Source: Paraspadella gotoi (Eukaryota > Animalia > Chaetognatha). From it: a stretch of 15,282 nucleotides of DNA. The stretch is from the NCBI GenBank assembly GCA_051294375.1, contig JBJCIZ010000225.1:1-15282 (forward strand), written 5' to 3'. Positions 9,531 through 15,282 of this stretch are shown one piece after another (position 1 is the first letter of the stretch; each line of letters begins with the position of its first letter). Under the pieces are notes generated by a model. The model searched no databases, had not been told where the DNA came from, and saw nothing but the letters and a program-made list of their open reading frames with translations. Both the position numbers and the translations under genes were made by a program.

Positions 9531-10075
9531 AATAAAAATAAAATTGCTATTACAACGAATTTTTCGTTTCTTCTCTAACTGAAAATACTTTTTAAAATAT
9601 TAAATAATTAAACACAATGGGAGTAAGCAGAAGAAAACTTCCCATTCATAAAGAAAATTGAAAAATGAATTTGTCATATTTGTTATTTAGATTAATTGAC
9701 TAATTACAAACAAATGATTCATATAATTGAATAAATGCATGGGTAAAAAATATTCATCTTGGGTCTCGGTTAACTATTAGGTTATCGTTAAAGTTTTGTT
9801 TTAATAATATTAATATTTTTTTTGCATTTATAAAAAGCAATGGTCTAAAATTTTGTTAAGCGTTTCGAGCTATATTGCTTCATCTTTTTTACTATTTTTG
9901 ATCTAGTTAGCTTTTTTGTTGATGGTCAAGGGTTATGGTCAGATACAGTAATGTCCAGTAGTGTATATCGCACATTTACCAAAAAGTAATGATCAATTAA
10001 TTTGGCTCAGAAACAATTTTAAAAGGGACAAAATCAGCACGAGACCGTTTCGCCACGTTATTTTTTCATTGTGTC

Positions 10076-10193
10076 ATAACGAAAGTTGTAGTATTTTTAC
10101 AACGATTTTTATTACAAAGTATTGGACATATTTCGACTCATGTCAAATACTTTGTAATAAAAATCGTTGTAAAAATACTAAAACTTTCATTAT
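10076..10193. mobile_element. 118-bp near-perfect hairpin (MITE-like)
   Basis: 54-bp arms 10076-10129 / 10140-10193 with about 3 mismatches and a 10-nt loop ATTTCGACTC. Confidence 0.75.
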
Positions 10194-10279
10194 CGAATCT
10201 GCTTATCTTATTGAACAACGAAAAGAGAGAAAAATTACACAATGTCTACCCTATCAAACGATAAATTATGCAAAAAAAG

Positions 10280-10614
10280 ATGTCCGTCCGTCCGTCCGTC
10301 CATCCGTCCCACCTTAGCAAAAAACACCAATTACTCCGTGATTGGATGGATGGATTGGAATGAAATTTTGTGTGTGGGAGGGAAGTGTGCATGAGCTGGA
10401 TATGAAGTTTCGATGGAATCGTCCGAGTGGAAATGAGTTTAAATGGAAAAACAAAAAAAAATATATTTCACTATTTGAACACCAATTACTCTTGAGTGGA
10501 TGGGGCGATTGACTTGAAATTTTGTATTTGGGTTGGAAAAGTGTGTGATTAAACTGGAAATCAAGTTTTGATGGAATCGTTTGAGTGGAAATGAGTTTAA
10601 ATGGAAAAAACAAA
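10280..10614 (+). mobile_element. DINE-1/HINE-like fragment: (GTCC)n followed by two ~155-bp tandem units
   Basis: GTCC microsatellite at 10282-10309. Units start AACACCAATTACTC at 10323 and 10478 and share GATTG..TGAAATTTTG and GATGGAATCGT..GAGTGGAAATGAGTTTAAATGGAAAAA. Confidence 0.6.
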
Positions 10615-10677
10615 GAACCTGTCTTTACTAATTGATTATGCTTCTTTTTCTTTTTATTTTAAATGTAAATGCAAGAT

Positions 10678-10870
10678 GTATTAATTAATCAAATAATTAA
10701 TTAGTTAATTAATAAATTAGTTAATTAATTAATCAATAATTAATTAATCAGTTAATCAATGAAAACAAACATTTTTGGATCAAATTAATTGCATAATTAA
10801 TTAAATAATTAACTAGAATAAATATTATATTAATTAATTAAATAATAATTATTAATTAATTAATTAATTA
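10678..10870. repeat. (TAAT/TTAA)n AT-rich low-complexity tract
   Basis: Degenerate TAAT/AATT repeats. Confidence 0.85.
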
Positions 10871-10961
10871 CGGATAATGATTGTGGGCAGATCCGACATT
10901 GTTGCTCAAAACTTGTTTTTTCTCTTCCCTTTTATTCTCTTTCTTTCCTTTCTCATCGCAG

Positions 10962-13335
10962 AAGAAGATGGACGAACTTTGGGAAAAATCTCTGAACAAT
11001 ATCGACGCGAGGACGACGACGACGTCAACCACGACGACGATATCGACGCCGACGACGACGACGAAAAATCCACGAAGAATCTTTGGTCTTCGCGACGAAT
11101 TGGCACTCGTCTCTTCGGCGAAGACGACGATCGTCTCAACGACGAAGACTCCAAATCGCTGGAAAGACGATTGAAGACGGAGGCGAATGAAAAGAGGAAG
11201 AGACGATCGCTGCTTGGCAACCACATTGCGGCGTCGTTGTCGCTAGGCAACAGTAACTCTTCTACGATATCTCAGAGAAAGTCTGCTCCTTCATTCGGAG
11301 GAGTCAAATCCTTCAATGAATTAAGTCACGATAAACTTACGAAGTCTGTCGAGTGACACCTTTGCTTGGAATAGTGAAAACAATTGTGAAGTGATCTTAA
11401 CGACAAATTCGAAGGCTATCGCCGCGTCCGAAGACGAAAACGTCAAGAATCTGGGTCGAGCGATCGAGACTCAGCTGGACGTTTGTCTGGAGGAGCCTTG
11501 GCAAGAGATCGTGGAGACCGCGTTGACGGGCAACTTCGATTATGACGAGGCAATGACGACACAACCTCTCGCCACGACCGTCGCCAACTCGATCTCTCGG
11601 CGTCGTCCCTTCACCGACGAATCATCCTGCGTCGACTCCGCTCTCGCCCGACGTTCGCGCCGCTTCGACACCGTTCGACATCGGATCGACGAGCGCGCCG
11701 CTTTGCTGGAGCCCGGCACCGATGGACATTCGCGACGCCGGAGAGGCGGAGCGTCGCGCCACAGCGCTGCGAGGTCACGTGGTCGGTCTGTCGATGGACC
11801 GCGTCGCCGCTCAGAGCCGCCGAGGTCCGTCTGTGGCGGTGGGTAGAGGCGGCGAGAGGGTGGAGAGGAGAAAAATAGTGGTTGTGGTGGTGATGAAGAG
11901 GTTGTCGGGTGGCGGAAAGGCGCGTCAATCGCCTCTCCCTCTACGCGGAATCGATCGTCGAGTTGCGTCGCGAATTCGAGGAGAGAATTCGTGTCTCGAC
12001 ATCGTCGTCGCCTGGTGGCGAGAGATGGGGATTGACGAGCGAGTTGAGGCTGGAGATGGCGACGGTGGTAGCTTTGACCTCCGGCGGCGGCGGCAACGGG
12101 AATTGCTGCAGCGAAGAGATTCCATCCTCAGATGTCGACGTCTGACGTCGAACGTCTCGTTGCTGCTGCACAACGTCAAGACTTTATGGAGGCGGGGCTG
12201 CGTCGAGGGATGGAGAGGAGTGGAGGGGCTAAAGGAGGAGTTGGGGAGGTTGGAGGAAGGATTGAGAAGGAGAGAGGGTGGAGGTGAATGGAGGTGAGAA
12301 AGTGAAGGAGGATGAGAAAAGGGTGGGGGAGTGGAGCGCTGTGGAGGGAAAGGAGAAGGTTTCGAATTTGGAGAAAAGGGAAGAACAGGAAGTCGTCGAA
12401 AAGGAGAAGGCAAAGACGACGACTTCGATGAAAACGACGTCGAAGACGTATTCGTCGACGACGACGAACTCGGTTCCATTCCAGAACCCTAAGATTAGGT
12501 CGACGATGGATGTCGCCGACGGAAAAGGTTACACTGAAAGCGACGGAGATTCGATGGGATCGTCGACGCGCAGTGTGGCGTTGGCGGTGTCGTCGTCGAG
12601 CGGGTATGGAAGACCGGGGCATGAAGACCGGCGCTCCTTTCGTCAACGAATCCGCGACGCAAACCTGTCACGGCGCTGGCGTCGTAGCGGAGAAAAGGCG
12701 AACGAGAAACGAACAAAAGACTTCGATCGACGATCGAAGAAAAAAAGAAAGGAAAAGAAAAAAAGTCGAAAAATTTCTTTGGAAGAGGAGAATCGAAAAA
12801 GGGCAACGAGAGACGATTGAGTGACGAAGTTGAAGAAGATGGAAAGAAAAAACGGATTAAGGATCGAAAGAGAATTTGACGAAAACAAAAACAATTGTTT
12901 CTTGGATCGAATTCATCGCAAGAAAAAGAAAACTTTTGGGGAAAAAGAAAAAGAAAAGAGAAGAATCGGCGCGAGTTTTGGTTGGACATTCGACGGAAAC
13001 GTAAACAAAGAAATCTTCGTCTAAGTTCGATCCATGCGCAGAAAACGAATCAATTTTCGGACGAATTCGGTAAGAAAAATCTATACAATAACAATTACTA
13101 CGACGAAAGCGACGATAAAGATTCGTTCTCAAATAATTTTAAAGGAAAACAAAGATCGAAGATGACAACGACAACGACGACGACGTCCACCACAAAATCC
13201 GCTCTGTACGAAATCTTTTCTATTTTTCTTATCGTCTGCGTTTCCCTCCTGTGCTTGTATTGCTTGCTGCCAAGCATTTCTTTTCGAACCTGACCCCCAA
13301 TTGCGTTACGTCGACCACGGGTCCACCCTCACTGA
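10962..13335 (+). CDS. Large terminal exon of a putative KASH-domain (nesprin/klarsicht-like) nuclear envelope protein, broken by multiple frameshifts
   Basis: Polypyrimidine tract plus CAG acceptor ending at 10961, then a sharp GC rise. Consecutive protein-like ORFs in changing frames (acidic, helical/coiled-coil-like, then K/R/E-rich). C-terminal hydrophobic helix ALYEIFSIFLIVCVSLLCLYCLLP, followed in shifted frames by FEPDPQLRYVDHG (13283-13321) and GPP (13320-13328), with TGA at 13333-13335. Confidence 0.6.
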
Positions 13336-14268
13336 TTTTTATAATAAGTCATTTTGTTGTTGTTATGCGCCAATTAAATATTTTCGTGCTTAAAATTTTA
13401 TCTATAAAAAAACTGATATTATTGTAGCCGTTAAGGATCGTAAACAAAAGATGCAACAGAAGAATTTAAACTTCGAGAAAAACTTTTTGTATTTTTATAA
13501 TTAATCACGAAACGAGTGAGCAATAAACCAAGGAGATCGGACGAAAACGACCGACCATCGATGAGCTAATAATGCATTATACTATTAACGGTATTAAGCC
13601 ATACATTTTTTTCAATACTGCTTCGGTTACAAATATTTTGTTAAATTTTTTTATAAATGGATTTTTTTAAATTTTTTTAGGGGGAGGGAAAGGATGAGAA
13701 TTCATGAAAGAAAAGTAAACCAAACAATAATAGAAATGGCGGGAAAAAATTAAATTTGAAAACAAAATACAATAAAAAATTCGCTTTTAGGCGAAAATTA
13801 ATTAAGTGATTGAAACGAGAAGATTCGTGAAAGAAGTTATTCGCGCGATTCAATACAAAAAAATTGAATAAAAAAATCTACTTCGCATCGCAATTTAATT
13901 AACCATGATTTCGAAAGACCTTAGAAAACATGATGATAACTATAAATTTGTTAAAATAAATATCTACACCGACCTGGTAGATCAAGTGGGGAAGGAGTGA
14001 AGCCAAAACGCTAACCTAACGAGGTGGGTAAAAAATTAAAAGGAAAGCCGCATTCACCCTACCCGTGATTGTCGGATCACAAAAGAATATTAAAAATTAA
14101 TCACCAGCACGTTGAAGAGGAAGTGCTTGGAGGGAGCGATAGGTAAGGTCGCTTCTTGGGTAAGGGAAGGGCAGAGAGGGGAGAGAGTATGAGAGAGAGA
14201 AGCTATATTGTTAACTTCATATCATCTCTCAATGTATTTCTCTCCCAAATCGTAGACATAAATAAAAC

Positions 14269-14814
14269 TTAAAGGAATTTTCTTTGCGGTCGCCGATCTG
14301 CGTCACAAGTAATCTTTCTCTTGGCTTGGATCTTGACTTGCAGATGTGGCAGTCGACGGCTGCTCGGCGCACCTCGGAGCAGGCCAGATGTCCGCAAATC
14401 GAAGGCGATGTCTTTGACGTTGACGAAAAGATGCGCATCGTTGACCGACTCGTATGAGAAGCGCGAGGAGCGGCTTGAGTCTACAGCTGCGGCGACTGCG
14501 GCGACTGAGTCTCGGGATAGGGTGTCGAAGATGGCGACCGACATCTGACGGCGGGGCGGGGGCTTCGGGTTCCATCGCGGCGACGTCTCGACGACGACGT
14601 CGGCGATTTCGAACGCCGGAGAAAAGTTCGGGTTTGAAGGGAGCGAAGTCTCGTCTGGCAAAGAGGAGGGCTCCTCGGCGGGGACGCCGGGGCAACGAGG
14701 GCGGCGTCGTTGGGTGGGCGTGGCGGCAGCGCGGCGCCGTCGGGGAGCAGCGAAGGGAAAGCGGCGGCTTCCGATTCTACAGGCGCCGAGAGAAGGATTG
14801 AGCGCTGCCTTTCG
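14269..14814 (-). CDS. Probable coding exon fragment of unknown product
   Basis: GC-rich island with the same composition as the upstream gene; minus frame open for ~180 codons to TAA at 14269-14271. The upstream part of the listed 253-aa ORF lies in repeat DNA. A possible + strand acceptor (TTGACTTGCAG, 14343) makes the strand uncertain. Confidence 0.4.
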   Translation of the reverse strand, partial: RKAALNPSLGACRIGSRRFPFAAPRRRRAAATPTQRRRPRCPGVPAEEPSSLPDETSLPSNPNFSPAFEIADVVVETSPRWNPKPPPRRQMSVAIFDTLSRDSVAAVAAAVDSSRSSRFSYESVNDAHLFVNVKDIAFDLRTSGLLRGAPSSRRLPHLQVKIQAKRKITCDADRRPQRKFL

Positions 14815-15282
14815 ACCTTTCAGGTTTTTATCATTCCAGAGATGGTATATTTCCCTTTTCTTTTTCCTCCTATAAAAAGAACCGTGTTTAAAAACGAGTT
14901 CAGGCTCTGCAGTGATTGTACAACTGCCTTCCAGCGGCTGTCCAGCTTTTTCTCTTTCTCTCTCTCTCTCTGTCTCTGTCTGTCTCTTTCTTTCTCTTAC
15001 TGTCTCTCTGTCTTTGTCTCTCTCCCTCACTCTGTATGATCTCTTGCGTGATCCTTTTTTGAAAAATTTTGATTATTTTTTTCTTATTATTATTTTATTC
15101 TGTGCTTTTTTCTCAATGCAAAATCCCAAATTTACATCCGAGATTTTCATGATTTATTCTCTTTCTTTGTCTCTCTCTTTCTTTCTTTCTCTCTCTCTCT
15201 CTCTCTCTCTTTTTCTCTCTCTTTCATTCATACACTCATTTCTTTGTTTTATTTATGATGAATGATTCATTGCGTCAATGAA
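14815..15282 (+). repeat. Direct repeat copy 2 of 4784-5253, running off the window end
   Basis: Near-identical sequence about 10.03 kb downstream of copy 1. Confidence 0.95.

Larger units (their letters stand above)
8329..9580 (-). mobile_element. 5'-truncated Penelope-like element with inverted pseudo-LTR
   Basis: Inverted repeats 8361-8546 / 9395-9580, each with a hammerhead motif. GIY-YIG C-terminal remnant at 9249-9394. 32-nt unpaired tail at 8329-8360. Flanking direct repeat (T)GAAAATACTTTT at 8316-8328 and 9580-9592. Confidence 0.85.

Noticed and set aside
9855-9888. Third hammerhead-like motif on the minus strand (GATGAAGC..GCTCGAAACGC)
   Set aside because: Lacks the CU of CUGANGA and a usable stem III; at most a dead relic.
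10868-13132. Multiple minus-strand ORFs over the GC-rich island
   Set aside because: Antisense shadows of GAC/GAA/ACG-rich + strand coding sequence; the splice acceptor and TM/KASH end support the + strand.

Overview
AT-rich, repeat-dense eukaryotic (probably invertebrate animal) genomic DNA; the organism cannot be identified from this window. Most of 1-10,870 is a mosaic of small or nested mobile elements: a degenerate fold-back MITE, a miniature LTR retroelement (TRIM) with a tRNA-like Pol III cassette in each LTR, a ~2.5 kb fold-back element, a solo LTR with a 4-bp TSD inside a minisatellite, two DINE-1/HINE-like fragments, and a 5'-truncated Penelope-like element with a GIY-YIG remnant, inverted pseudo-LTR, two minimal hammerhead ribozyme motifs and a 12-13 bp TSD. 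A GC-rich, repeatedly frameshifted coding stretch (10962-13335, +) ends in a transmembrane helix plus a KASH-like peptide (nesprin/klarsicht-like). A second GC-rich minus-strand ORF (14269-14814) abuts a near-identical copy of 4784-5253 that runs off the window end. Many differences are indels in homopolymers or microsatellites, so uncorrected assembly error is a real alternative to pseudogenisation. All calls come from reading the sequence by eye; no database searches were run.
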